DNA of 64,000 nt, from NCBI GenBank assembly GCA_041288095.1, contig JBGGMJ010000211.1:32001-96000 (forward strand). Direction: 5' to 3'. Origin of the DNA: Myxococcota bacterium. GTDB taxonomy: Bacteria; Myxococcota; XYA12-FULL-58-9; JALHOP01. Position numbers and translations under genes: made by a program. Shown here in pieces: positions 1-8,739 of this stretch. How positions within the stretch are numbered: the first letter of the stretch is position 1; every line of letters starts with the position of its first letter. The notes under the pieces are model-generated. The model saw nothing but the letters and a program-made list of their open reading frames with translations. It ran no database searches and was not told where the DNA came from.

Positions 1-2
1 AG

Positions 3-245
3 AAGGGCACCATCGCGATCGGGTCCGATGCCGACGTCGTGGTATGGGATCCGAACAAGAAGTTCGAGCTCTCGCATAAGAATCTGCACATGAAGTCAGA
101 CTATGCTGCGTACGAAGGTAAGGTGGTCACGGGGGCGCCGAAAACGGTGCTGTCGCGCGGGGAGACCGTGATCGCGGACACGACGCAGCTCGTAGGCAAG
201 AAAGGTCGCGGCAAGTTCCTGCGACGAGGAGGATTGGGTGTCTGA
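3..245 (+). CDS. hydA: Dihydropyrimidinase / D-hydantoinase, C-terminal fragment (5' end outside window)
   Basis: Frame from base 3 reads KGTIAIGSDADVVVWDP...HMKSDYAAYEG...VLSRGE...G+GKFLRR, the typical C-terminus of cyclic amidohydrolases; ureidopropionase-like and NCS1 genes lie nearby. Confidence 0.85.
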   Translation, partial: KGTIAIGSDADVVVWDPNKKFELSHKNLHMKSDYAAYEGKVVTGAPKTVLSRGETVIADTTQLVGKKGRGKFLRRGGLGV

Positions 246-1050
246 AGCCAAGCGTTTCGCGGCTGGGTTGTTGCTGTGCACCTCGCTCATGGGCTGCGCC
301 TCGTTGGCCGGCTCCCTGGCCGGTTCGTCGTCGCGGCGGCCGCTATCGGACTGCGCCAGAGGTCTCGTCGAGCGCGGATACTTGCGCGAGGACCAGACCG
401 AAAAAGCAGACGAGTATTGCCGCGAATATTCTCCCGCCCAGCTCGCCGACGCGCAGCGGGCGGTCGACAACAAGCAGGCGTCGACGTTCTCCCAGGCACT
501 GGCCCTCATCAAGCGCGACCCTCCCGTCGCCGAGCCGGCCCCCGTCGTCGTCGCGGCCACCCCCGAGCCGGTGCCGGCGCCCACGCCCGAGCCGACTCCC
601 GAGCCTGCCCCTGCCCCAGCCCCAGCGGCCCCCGAGCCGGCACCAGCCGCTCCGGCGGATATTCTCGCCGTCGCTGGAGCGTATGAAGACCTCAGCACCT
701 TTGTAGGCCTGCTGAACGAAGCCGGCATGACGGAGCTCATCAGCCAGCCCGGTCCGTTCACCCTCCTCGCCCCGACCAACGCGGCGCTCGCCAAGTTCCC
801 GTACCTCGCCAAGAACAAGGAGCGCCTCAAGAAGGTGCTCGCCGTGCACATCATCGAGGGCGACGTGAATACCACCGAGGCCCCGGAAGCGCCGGCCAAG
901 CCCAAGCGCCTGACGACGGTCGGGGGCAAGTGGTTCCCGATGCGCGCCAAGGGCGGTGTCGTATCGATCGGCCGCGCCAAGGTCGTGCGTGCCGACGTTG
1001 CCGCCGCCAACGGCAGCATCGAGGTCATCGACGCGGTGCTCATGCCGTAG
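238..1050 (+). CDS. Fasciclin (FAS1) domain lipoprotein with Pro/Ala/Glu-rich linker
   Basis: Signal peptide with LMGC lipobox-like motif, PEP/PAP-rich linker, and FAS1 motifs GPFTLLAPTNAAL and AANGSIEVIDAVLMP. Confidence 0.85.
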   Translation: MSEAKRFAAGLLLCTSLMGCASLAGSLAGSSSRRPLSDCARGLVERGYLREDQTEKADEYCREYSPAQLADAQRAVDNKQASTFSQALALIKRDPPVAEPAPVVVAATPEPVPAPTPEPTPEPAPAPAPAAPEPAPAAPADILAVAGAYEDLSTFVGLLNEAGMTELISQPGPFTLLAPTNAALAKFPYLAKNKERLKKVLAVHIIEGDVNTTEAPEAPAKPKRLTTVGGKWFPMRAKGGVVSIGRAKVVRADVAAANGSIEVIDAVLMP

Positions 1051-1066
1051 GCTCGGCCGGCCTCGC

Positions 1067-2608
1067 TCATCTGTACGCGATGGCGAAGTCCTCGGGTGAA
1101 ATGCTGACGCTGCCGTCGGCTGGGCGCTTCTGCTCGCCGTCGATGGTCTTGCGATAGTTCACGACGGTGCAGGTGCGGGTCACCGTGCCGGCGCCGTCGG
1201 GCGCGTCGATGACCGTTTGCAGACTGTAGAGGCAGACGACGTTGTCGCCGGCGATGGTCGTGCTCGTCGCCAGTGTCTCGACCAGGCGCACGTTCTCCAC
1301 TTCGAACGCGAAGCAGCTCGTGCCCGGGGTAGCGGCGCTGCGCGGTGTGCTCGGCGCCAGCGAGCTGTAGCCGTATGACCAGGCGTCGCCGGCCTCGGGA
1401 TAGATGGGGTTCGTGCCCGTGCGGATCTCCTGGGCGTCGTTGGTACCGTCCCGGTCCGTGTCCTGGGTCAGGGTGCGCGCATCCAGCGGATTGGTGCCGA
1501 CGTGCAGCTCGAGGTCATCGGGGAAACCGTCGCCGTCGGAGTCCGACGACGAGGGGTCGTACCCCAGCGACGCTTCGGCGCAGTCGAGCAGCCCGTCGCC
1601 ATCGCGGTCACCGCTGCCAATCTCCAGACACTGAGAGCGACACAAGCCATCGTTGGGCATCAGCTCGAGGTCGACGCGATCACTGCAGCCGTCGCGGTCG
1701 ACGTCCGCCTCTGTCGGGTTCGGATCGGCCGCATCGCGGATGCCGTCGAGGTCGCTGTCGGGCCAGAGTTGATCGTTCCAAACGACACGGCTCAGGTTCA
1801 CCAGGTAGAAGTCGCGCGACTCGAAGCGGCGCTTGATCTCGGTGAAGGTGATGTCGAAGTCGAGCTGGTCGTCTTGGAGCTCCTGAAACGTACCGCCGCC
1901 GATGTCCGCCATCGGCTCGAGGAACGCAGACGGGTCGCCGTATTGGCAACCGCTCACGAAGCCCTCGTAGGTGAGCCGCGTCGTGCTGAGCTTGAGCTGG
2001 AATGGATGCCAGGTGGCCGCGAGGCGCATCAGCGACTCGGTCGCCGCTTGAACGGACTCGATGGGGATGCACGGATTCGGCTCGCCGTCCGACAAGAACT
2101 GAACGTCGTAGCGTGTACGCGCGAGCTCGGATGCGGTGATCGAGCGCATGTCGTCCTCGAGGAACTGGACGCCCTCGCGCAGCGCTTCGATGTAGTTCGT
2201 GGCGTCGAGGTCGTCGCGCAGTGGCGGAATGCCGGTGGCGACGAGAGTCGCGACGTCCGACATGAACGTGGGCGTTACCCGCTCGGCTTCGGAGTGAAAG
2301 CGGACGATGCCGAACGAAATGCTCGGGTTGTTGCCGTACTCTTCGATCACTCGCTGCACGGCATCGGCGCGCCTGTCCAGCGGGTCGCTCGTCGCGTTAC
2401 TGCCCGAGACGTCGATGATGAACAGGATCTTGTACGGGAAGGTCACCGATGCCGGCTCGACGGTGCAAGCGTCGCCCTCGACGTGGACGACGTTGTCCTC
2501 GACCGGTGGCGGCGGGTCCATGCAGGGCATGACACAAAGCTCCGCATCCGTGCAGGCGTACACGTTCAGTGCAACCCAGATGAGGGGCAATAGGCCGCGT
2601 GAAGCCAT
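1067..2608 (-). CDS. VWA-domain lipoprotein with thrombospondin type-3-like Ca-binding repeats (CglB/Mts-like adhesin)
   Basis: Signal ending in YAC; MIDAS motif DVSGS...TNY...SDGEP; repeated DxDxDG motifs (DSDLDG, DVDRDG, DRDGDG, DSDGDG, DTDRDG); Cys-rich. Start set at ATG 2608. Confidence 0.75.
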   Translation of the reverse strand: MASRGLLPLIWVALNVYACTDAELCVMPCMDPPPPVEDNVVHVEGDACTVEPASVTFPYKILFIIDVSGSNATSDPLDRRADAVQRVIEEYGNNPSISFGIVRFHSEAERVTPTFMSDVATLVATGIPPLRDDLDATNYIEALREGVQFLEDDMRSITASELARTRYDVQFLSDGEPNPCIPIESVQAATESLMRLAATWHPFQLKLSTTRLTYEGFVSGCQYGDPSAFLEPMADIGGGTFQELQDDQLDFDITFTEIKRRFESRDFYLVNLSRVVWNDQLWPDSDLDGIRDAADPNPTEADVDRDGCSDRVDLELMPNDGLCRSQCLEIGSGDRDGDGLLDCAEASLGYDPSSSDSDGDGFPDDLELHVGTNPLDARTLTQDTDRDGTNDAQEIRTGTNPIYPEAGDAWSYGYSSLAPSTPRSAATPGTSCFAFEVENVRLVETLATSTTIAGDNVVCLYSLQTVIDAPDGAGTVTRTCTVVNYRKTIDGEQKRPADGSVSISPEDFAIAYR

Positions 2609-2758
2609 GGGAATGGCGCTGCACACCGCGTACCACAGTGTGTGCTATCGCCTACCGTCGAAGACCCTCGAAATCATTGAGGGCGCCCACACCCGCCGGC
2701 GAGCGACATGTTGTCAGTGCTCACCACTTTCGCGGACAAACGACGTGCGCGCTCCCCA

Positions 2759-3157
2759 CTACCCGCGCCGGCTATCGACGCTCCAGATACCCGCTCCCCT
2801 GCACGCGATGTACAGGAAGATGAAGCAGAGCAGCAGCGCCGACAATCCCTGATTCGTGGTCGGGAAGAACTGGCTATTGAACTGGAACTTCCAGTGGAAC
2901 TGGATGTACGCGACCGCCATCTCACCGCTGCAGATGAACGCGGCGATGACGGTGAACAGCCCGATCATGACGAGCAGCCCGCCGATGACCTCGATGCAGC
3001 CGCCGAACCACATCTGCGAACCAACCTCCGCCACCGGGTACGACGGCATGAGGGGCACGAGCTTCGGAAGACCGGCGGTGACGAAGCAGAGGCCCGAGAC
3101 GATGCGCAGCACCGCGTACGCCTTGGCTTCGTGCGGCGAGAGGATTTTACCGAGCAT
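2759..3157 (-). CDS. DoxX family membrane protein
   Basis: 132 aa with 4 hydrophobic segments; LRIVSG, GLFT..AAFICSGEMAVAY and GAGIWSVD motifs. Confidence 0.85.
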   Translation of the reverse strand: MLGKILSPHEAKAYAVLRIVSGLCFVTAGLPKLVPLMPSYPVAEVGSQMWFGGCIEVIGGLLVMIGLFTVIAAFICSGEMAVAYIQFHWKFQFNSQFFPTTNQGLSALLLCFIFLYIACRGAGIWSVDSRRG

Positions 3158-3174
3158 GTCTTTTCTCCGGGTCC

Positions 3175-4047
3175 TTAGGTCTTTACGAGCTCGTCATAAG
3201 CCTCGGGACGGCGGTCCCTGAAGAATTGCCAGGTCTGACGGACTTCGTTGATCAGGTCGAGGTCGAGGTCGGCGACGATGACTTCGTCCTTGTCCTCGCT
3301 GCCCTCGGCCAAGATCTGACCGCGCGGGTTCACGAAGTAGCTGTGGCCGTAGAACTTACCGATGTTCCAGGGAGCCTCGGTACCGACGCGATTGATGGCG
3401 CCGACGTAGTAGCCGTTCGCCACCGCGTGTGCCGGCTGCTCGATCTTCCACAGGTACTGCGAGAGCCCGGCCACGGTCGCGGACGGATTGAAGACGATCT
3501 CGGCGCCGTTGAGTCCGAGGCAGCGCGCGCCCTCGGGGAAGTGTCTGTCATAGCAGATGTAGACGCCGATGGTCGCGTACTTGGTCTTGAAGACCGGATA
3601 GCCTCCGTCGCCGGGCTTGAAGAAGAACTTCTCCCAGAAGCCGCTGGTCTGCGGGATGTGCTGCTTGCGGTATTTGCCGAGATACTTGCCGTCGGCGTCG
3701 ATGACCGCCGCGGTGTTGTAGTAGACGCCGCGAATGTCCTCTTCGTAGATCGGCACGACGATGACCATGTCGTGCTTCTTGGCGAGGCCCTGCATGATCT
3801 CGGTCGTCGGACCCGGGCACTTCTCGGCTGCCGCGTACCAGCGCTTGTCCTGACTCGGGCAGAAGTACGGTCCGTTGAAGATCTCTTGCAGGCAGAGGAT
3901 CTTCACGCCCTTCTTCGCCGCCTCTTCGATCAGCGGGATGTGCTTGTCGAGCATCGCCTTCTGAATCTCGGCGACAGGCTTCGACTCGTCGTTGATCGGG
4001 TTTCCGCACTGAATGAGACCGCAACGCACGACCGACGTCTTGGACAT
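3175..4047 (-). CDS. Nitrilase-family carbon-nitrogen hydrolase, likely beta-ureidopropionase
   Basis: E-K-C triad motifs LQEIF, YRKQHIP and ICYDRHFPE; adjacent to NCS1 transporter and near dihydropyrimidinase. Confidence 0.85.
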   Translation of the reverse strand: MSKTSVVRCGLIQCGNPINDESKPVAEIQKAMLDKHIPLIEEAAKKGVKILCLQEIFNGPYFCPSQDKRWYAAAEKCPGPTTEIMQGLAKKHDMVIVVPIYEEDIRGVYYNTAAVIDADGKYLGKYRKQHIPQTSGFWEKFFFKPGDGGYPVFKTKYATIGVYICYDRHFPEGARCLGLNGAEIVFNPSATVAGLSQYLWKIEQPAHAVANGYYVGAINRVGTEAPWNIGKFYGHSYFVNPRGQILAEGSEDKDEVIVADLDLDLINEVRQTWQFFRDRRPEAYDELVKT

Positions 4048-4066
4048 GAGGGGCTCCGGAATTCGA

Positions 4067-5617
4067 TTAGGGGGCCGTAGCTACCTGGGGCCGCCCTAGG
4101 TTGTAAAGTCCGCGTTTGCCAGCGTAGTAGACCGCGCCGGCCAGCAGGAACCCGGTGAACCAGGCGTAGACGTAGAGGCCGTCCCAGAAGGCCGGCACGC
4201 TCTCGACGGCATGGGTGCTGTGCAGGAAGCCCGGCACGTTGGGCACCACGCCAATGACTAGCGCCGCGATGGCGAGCCAGCTCACGCCGCGATAGCGGCC
4301 GGTCGTGCGGTAGAGATCGGGAACGTCGAGCTCGGTCTTTCGCAGCAACCAGTAGTCGACCACCATGATGCCGGCGATGGGCCCGAGCAGCGCCGAGTAG
4401 CCGATGAGCCAGTTGAAGATGTACGCATCAGCGGACGCGAGCAGCTTCCAGGGCAACATGAGGATGCCGAGGATGCCGGTGATCAACCCGCCCGTCTTGA
4501 ACGAGATGTGACGCGGCGCGAGGTTCGCGAAGTCGTTCGCCGGGCTCACCACGTTGGCGGCGATGTTCACGGACACCGTCGCGATGGCGACGCCGAGCAA
4601 GGCGATGATGGCGACGACGATGCGCACACCGGGGCTCGCGATGACCTGACTCGAGGGGCTCGTGAGCTGCGCCAGCAAGTGAATGGGGTCCCAGAGCTTG
4701 CTCACGTCGGTGCCGGCGAGAATTACCTGCGAGGCGCTGGTGATGACGACGCCCATGGCCGAGAAGGCAATCATCGTCGTCGGGAGCCCCAAGGCTTGCC
4801 CGAGCATCTGCTCGCGTTGGCCTTTGCCGAAGCGCGTGAAGTCGGGAATGTTGAGCGACAAGGTCGCCCAGAAACCAACCATGCCGGTGAGCGACGGCAC
4901 GAAGACCTTCCAGAATTCGCCGAGGGTCGCGAACTTCGAATCCTGGCTGAAGATCGGCCCGAGTCCGCCGGCGCGGACGAGCACCCACGCGAGCAGCATC
5001 GCCGCGAGCACGAGGACGATGGGCGCCGCCCAGTTCTCGAAGACGCGCACGGCGTTCATGCCCTTGTAGATGATCCAGATGTTGAGCGCCCAGAAGATGG
5101 CGAACGTGATAGCGGACGGAAGCGTCAGCCCTAGAACCTGGGCGCCGCCGCCGAGCTCGCCGTAGGCGGGCCAGAGCGATTCGAGGAAGGTGCGAACGGC
5201 CTCGCCGCCAATGTACGTCTGAATACCGAACCAGCCGCAGGCGACAATGGCGCGCAGCACGGCGGCGACGTTGGCGCCGATGGTGCCGAACGAGGCCCGC
5301 GCCAGCACCGGAAACGGGATGCCGTATTTGGTGCCCGGGTGCGCGTTCAAGAGGATGGGCGCGAGGACGACGAGGTTCCCTAGCGCGATGGTGAAGAGCG
5401 CTTGCCACCAGTTCATGCCGACCGCGATGAGGCCGCCGGCCATCATGTAGGTCGGGATGCAGTGTGCCATCGAGATCCAGAGGGCCGCGAAGTTGTAGGT
5501 CGTCCAGGTGCGGCGGGACGGCGGCGTTGGAGCCAGATCGGCGTTGAACAGCGGACTGTTCGCGACGTCCGGAGGGAGCATCGCGAGGACTTCTTGAGTG
5601 AGCTGGGCGTCGTGCAC
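4067..5617 (-). CDS. NCS1 family nucleobase:cation symporter (pyrimidine/hydantoin permease)
   Basis: NADLAPT, GTKYGIPFPVLARASFG, WFGIQ, NIPDFTRF and NIAANVVSP motifs; about 12 TM segments. Confidence 0.92.
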   Translation of the reverse strand: MHDAQLTQEVLAMLPPDVANSPLFNADLAPTPPSRRTWTTYNFAALWISMAHCIPTYMMAGGLIAVGMNWWQALFTIALGNLVVLAPILLNAHPGTKYGIPFPVLARASFGTIGANVAAVLRAIVACGWFGIQTYIGGEAVRTFLESLWPAYGELGGGAQVLGLTLPSAITFAIFWALNIWIIYKGMNAVRVFENWAAPIVLVLAAMLLAWVLVRAGGLGPIFSQDSKFATLGEFWKVFVPSLTGMVGFWATLSLNIPDFTRFGKGQREQMLGQALGLPTTMIAFSAMGVVITSASQVILAGTDVSKLWDPIHLLAQLTSPSSQVIASPGVRIVVAIIALLGVAIATVSVNIAANVVSPANDFANLAPRHISFKTGGLITGILGILMLPWKLLASADAYIFNWLIGYSALLGPIAGIMVVDYWLLRKTELDVPDLYRTTGRYRGVSWLAIAALVIGVVPNVPGFLHSTHAVESVPAFWDGLYVYAWFTGFLLAGAVYYAGKRGLYNLGRPQVATAP

Positions 5618-5649
5618 GCGCGGCTTTTAGCGTTGTGACGCGGCAATCC

Positions 5650-5676
5650 GCAACTGCGGTCTGTCGCGACCGATAC
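5650..5676 (+). promoter_or_regulatory. Putative sigma-28-like promoter (GCAAC-N14-ACCGATAC)
   Basis: Matches the motif shared by six other intergenic sites; ends 11 nt before ATG 5688. Confidence 0.6.
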
Positions 5677-5687
5677 ACGAGGCCAGC

Positions 5688-6125
5688 ATGGGCACAGTCG
5701 TGAGTTTCGTACGGGGTATCGAGGCCAGGGCCGAAGACGTCAGCCGGCGCGGCAAGCTCAACGCGGCGACCGTCACGTTGGACAGCGGCGCCGTCGTAGC
5801 GCAGCGCGCCACGGCCATCCGACCGCATGAGCATCGCCATATCGAGCTCATGGACCGCTACGGGGCAGTGACCAACGACGCGGACGTGAGCGGCGTTCCC
5901 CTGCGCGCCGCGCACGATGCTTGGCTTGCTTGCCGGGCGGCGCTGGTGGCCGTCGGCGTCGAAGCCGCGGGTGTCGTCAGCTATGCCGGCGAGTACGGTG
6001 ATTGCCGCAAGCTTGCCGTGACCGTCGACCAGCGGCTGGTCGGTCCCTTCTCGATCCTCGACGGCACGCAGCCGCGCGACAGAGGCGCCATCGAAGCCGA
6101 CTTGCGGCGACTGCTAGCGCACTAG
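5688..6125 (+). CDS. Hypothetical protein (145 aa)
   Basis: Fills the gap between two minus-strand genes; GAGG upstream; preceded by the shared promoter motif; no recognisable domain. Confidence 0.55.
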   Translation: MGTVVSFVRGIEARAEDVSRRGKLNAATVTLDSGAVVAQRATAIRPHEHRHIELMDRYGAVTNDADVSGVPLRAAHDAWLACRAALVAVGVEAAGVVSYAGEYGDCRKLAVTVDQRLVGPFSILDGTQPRDRGAIEADLRRLLAH

Positions 6126-6130
6126 AGCTT

Positions 6131-6967
6131 TCACAGCTCCGCGGTAGCGAACGTATCGCAGGTCTTCGAGTCACCGGTCTCGACGCCCTTCTTGAACCAG
6201 CGAACGCGTTGCGCCGAGGTGCCGTGCGTGAAGCTGTCGGGTACGACCCGCCCGCGTGTCTCGCGTTGCAGGTTGTCGTCACCCACGGCGGAGGCGGCGT
6301 TCAGGCCTTCCTCGATGTCGCCAGCCTCGAGTAGTCCGTAGTCGCGGCCGGCATGATGCGCCCAGACGCCGGCGAGGCAGTCGGCTTGTAGCTCGGTGCG
6401 CACGCTGACGGCATTGCCGCGTGGGCCTTGGCGCGCCTGCGCCGTCTGCTCGAACACGCCGATGAGATTTTGCACGTGGTGCCCGACCTCGTGCGCGATG
6501 ACGTACGCCTCGGCGAAGTCGCCAGGAGCGTTGAAGCGGCGGGAGAGCTCTCGATAGAAGGCGAGGTCGAGATAGACCTGTTGATCGCGGGGACAATAGA
6601 ACGGGCCCATCGCGGATTCTCCCATGCCGCAGGCCGAGTCGACGGCGCCGTTGAAGAGCACGAGCTTGGGCTCGCGGTACCCATCGACCTGCTTGCTCCA
6701 CACGTCTTCGGTGCTGGCGAGCACCTTGGCGACGAATTGCTTGCCCGCGTCGTTCACCGGCGCGCTGGCGCTCGGGTCCTCGATGCCGGCGCTGGGCTCG
6801 TCGACCGGCTGGCCCTGAAGTATGTCCCGCGGATCGACACCGAGCAGCATCGAAATGACCGCGACGATGAGCGTGCCTCCGAGCCCTAGCCCTCCCAAGC
6901 GCATGCCGCGCCCCATGCCGCGCCGATCGACGACGTTACCGCTCTCCCGATAGCCCCCGAGCTTCAT
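6131..6967 (-). CDS. YpfJ-like neutral zinc metallopeptidase
   Basis: RESGNVVDRRG N-terminus, MGPFYCP, AHEVGHHVQ (HExxH), ELQADCLAG and SFTHGTSAQR motifs. Confidence 0.92.
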   Translation of the reverse strand: MKLGGYRESGNVVDRRGMGRGMRLGGLGLGGTLIVAVISMLLGVDPRDILQGQPVDEPSAGIEDPSASAPVNDAGKQFVAKVLASTEDVWSKQVDGYREPKLVLFNGAVDSACGMGESAMGPFYCPRDQQVYLDLAFYRELSRRFNAPGDFAEAYVIAHEVGHHVQNLIGVFEQTAQARQGPRGNAVSVRTELQADCLAGVWAHHAGRDYGLLEAGDIEEGLNAASAVGDDNLQRETRGRVVPDSFTHGTSAQRVRWFKKGVETGDSKTCDTFATAEL

Positions 6968-7019
6968 GTGCTCTCCCTGACAGGACACAGACTAACCATG
7001 CTGCTAGTTTCGCGCAGCA

Positions 7020-7703
7020 ATGAGCGTCCATCTCCTCGACCGGCCGGTTTGGAGCGCGCTGACCACGCGCTGGGCGTCGCTCGCGTTGGGCAAGCGCCCT
7101 GCCCTTCGACTGGCGCCGGAATACGGCCTGTTCGCCGCGACCGCCAACGACTCCCCGGACGCCCTGGCTGCTTTAGCGGACTTGGTCGCGCCCCGTGGCG
7201 AAACCTGGCTGGTCGAGATGCACGAGCCGCCGCCGCCACCACGGGTGAACGTCACTCGGCGCGTCGAGCTCTTTCAGATGATCGCCCCATCGCTGACACG
7301 AGCCGCCGTCGCCCCCGTGCCGTTCGTCGAGCTCGGTGACGCCGATGCAGCGGAGATGATCATGCTCGCCATGCTCACCAAGCCCGGCCCGTTCCTCCTG
7401 CGTACTCACCGGTTCGGCGGCTTCATCGGTGTCCGCGACAGCGGCCGGCTCGTCGCCATGGCAGGCACCCGCATGCGACTCCCAGGCTACTGCGAGGTCA
7501 GCGGCGTCTGCACCCATCCCGACTACCGCGGCCGTGGCTATGCCGGCGCTCTGATGCGCGTGGTCTGCCAGCGCATCCTCGACGCGGGCGAGACACCCAT
7601 CTTGCACACCTACGCGGCCAACAAGGGCGCGAACACGCTCTACGAGTCGCTGGGGTTCACGGTGCGCACGCCGGTGACGCTAACGGTGCTCACGAAGGGC
7701 TAG
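7020..7703 (+). CDS. GNAT family N-acetyltransferase (FR47-like)
   Basis: LDRPVWSAL N-terminus; EVSGVCTHPDYRGRGYA acetyl-CoA motif; LYESLGF. Confidence 0.9.
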   Translation: MSVHLLDRPVWSALTTRWASLALGKRPALRLAPEYGLFAATANDSPDALAALADLVAPRGETWLVEMHEPPPPPRVNVTRRVELFQMIAPSLTRAAVAPVPFVELGDADAAEMIMLAMLTKPGPFLLRTHRFGGFIGVRDSGRLVAMAGTRMRLPGYCEVSGVCTHPDYRGRGYAGALMRVVCQRILDAGETPILHTYAANKGANTLYESLGFTVRTPVTLTVLTKG

Positions 7704-8629
7704 GCGCGAAGGTCGAGCTCCCAGGTCTGGCTCACGAGGTCCTTGCCGAACATGTGGTTCGGTTGCTCGTGCACCAGCGTGTAACCCTCCGCCTCGTAGA
7801 TGCGGTGCGCGGACTTGAGGATGCTCTGCGTCCACAGCGTCATCGTGTGATAGCCGGCGCTCCTCGCGAAGCGGGTACACTCCTGGACGAGCTTGCGCCC
7901 AACCCCCAGCCCGCGCGCGGCGCGCTCGACGTAGAGCAGGCGCAGGCGGGCAACTCCGGGACGTTCTCGATGGCGGACAACGAACACCGAGCCCAGCATG
8001 GCGCCGTTGCGCTCCGCCACCCAACAGGACTCCTTGCCTGCTTCGAAATTCTCGATGAAGTCGGCGGTCACCTTCGCGACCAACGCTTCGTAGCCGTCGT
8101 TCCAGTCGTACTCTTCGGCGTAGACGATGGCCTGGCGCGCCGTGATCATGCCCATGTCGCCAATGCGATGCGGGCGCAGAATGACGGCGTCTTTGCCTGG
8201 GCCGGCGCCGAGCTTGTCCTCGATGAGCCGCATGGCAGCGACGAGGTCCCTCCGTGAGCTCTCGCCCAGCGGTTGGACGAGCTCGAGGATCGCCGCGCGG
8301 GCGCGCTTCTGCAGGTCGTTGAAGACCTTGCGGCCGGCCGCGGTCAGCTCGAGGTTGCTGCGACGTGCGTCCGCCTTCGAGCCGGTCCGCTTGATGAGCT
8401 TCTTGCTCTCGAAACCCTTGAGCATGCGGCTCAGGTAGCCGGCGTCGAGGCCCAGGTCGCGGCCGAGGTCACTCGCGGTCGCTTGAGAACGGTTGGCGAT
8501 CTCGTAGAGGGCGCGTACCTGCGCCAGCGAATAGGGACTGTCCAAGTGCCCATCGTCGAGCGCGCCCACCAGCCGGGTGTAGAAGCGGTTGAATTGGCGG
8601 ATCTCGCCGATGTCTGCCTCGATGCCCAT
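7700..8629 (-). CDS. Bifunctional MarR-family regulator / GNAT acetyltransferase
   Basis: IRQFNRFYT and LDAGYLSRML...DARR winged helix followed by GNAT motif LYVERAARGLGVG. Confidence 0.92.
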   Translation of the reverse strand: MGIEADIGEIRQFNRFYTRLVGALDDGHLDSPYSLAQVRALYEIANRSQATASDLGRDLGLDAGYLSRMLKGFESKKLIKRTGSKADARRSNLELTAAGRKVFNDLQKRARAAILELVQPLGESSRRDLVAAMRLIEDKLGAGPGKDAVILRPHRIGDMGMITARQAIVYAEEYDWNDGYEALVAKVTADFIENFEAGKESCWVAERNGAMLGSVFVVRHRERPGVARLRLLYVERAARGLGVGRKLVQECTRFARSAGYHTMTLWTQSILKSAHRIYEAEGYTLVHEQPNHMFGKDLVSQTWELDLRA

Positions 8630-8630
8630 G

Positions 8631-8666
8631 GTTGCCAGAGTCAACTAAATGCTTGCCAGAGTCAAC
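8631..8666. promoter_or_regulatory. Tandem imperfect-palindrome operator (TTGCCAGAGTCAAC x2)
   Basis: Identical 14-mer at 8632-8645 and 8653-8666 (21-bp period), each a near palindrome GTTG.C-N3-G.CAAC, directly upstream of the MarR-GNAT start codon. Confidence 0.75.
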
Positions 8667-8702
8667 GCACTCTCGTGGTGCCACCAGGACATCGTCCTCC
8701 GC

Positions 8703-8729
8703 ACAACCCCGCTGGGAGAGGGTCGATAC
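8703..8729 (+). promoter_or_regulatory. Putative sigma-28-like promoter (ACAAC-N14-GTCGATAC)
   Basis: Shared motif with one mismatch in each box; ends 10 nt before ATG 8740. Confidence 0.5.
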
Positions 8730-8739
8730 AAGCGCTGCC

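Noticed and set aside
525..660. Repetitive CCGGC/GAGCC-rich tract resembling a repeat array
   Set aside because: Encodes the Pro/Ala/Glu linker of the fasciclin protein; no repeat-spacer structure, so not CRISPR.
2627..2758. Possible sRNA or riboswitch in the doxX-VWA intergenic region
   Set aside because: No recognisable conserved motif or stable terminator hairpin seen.
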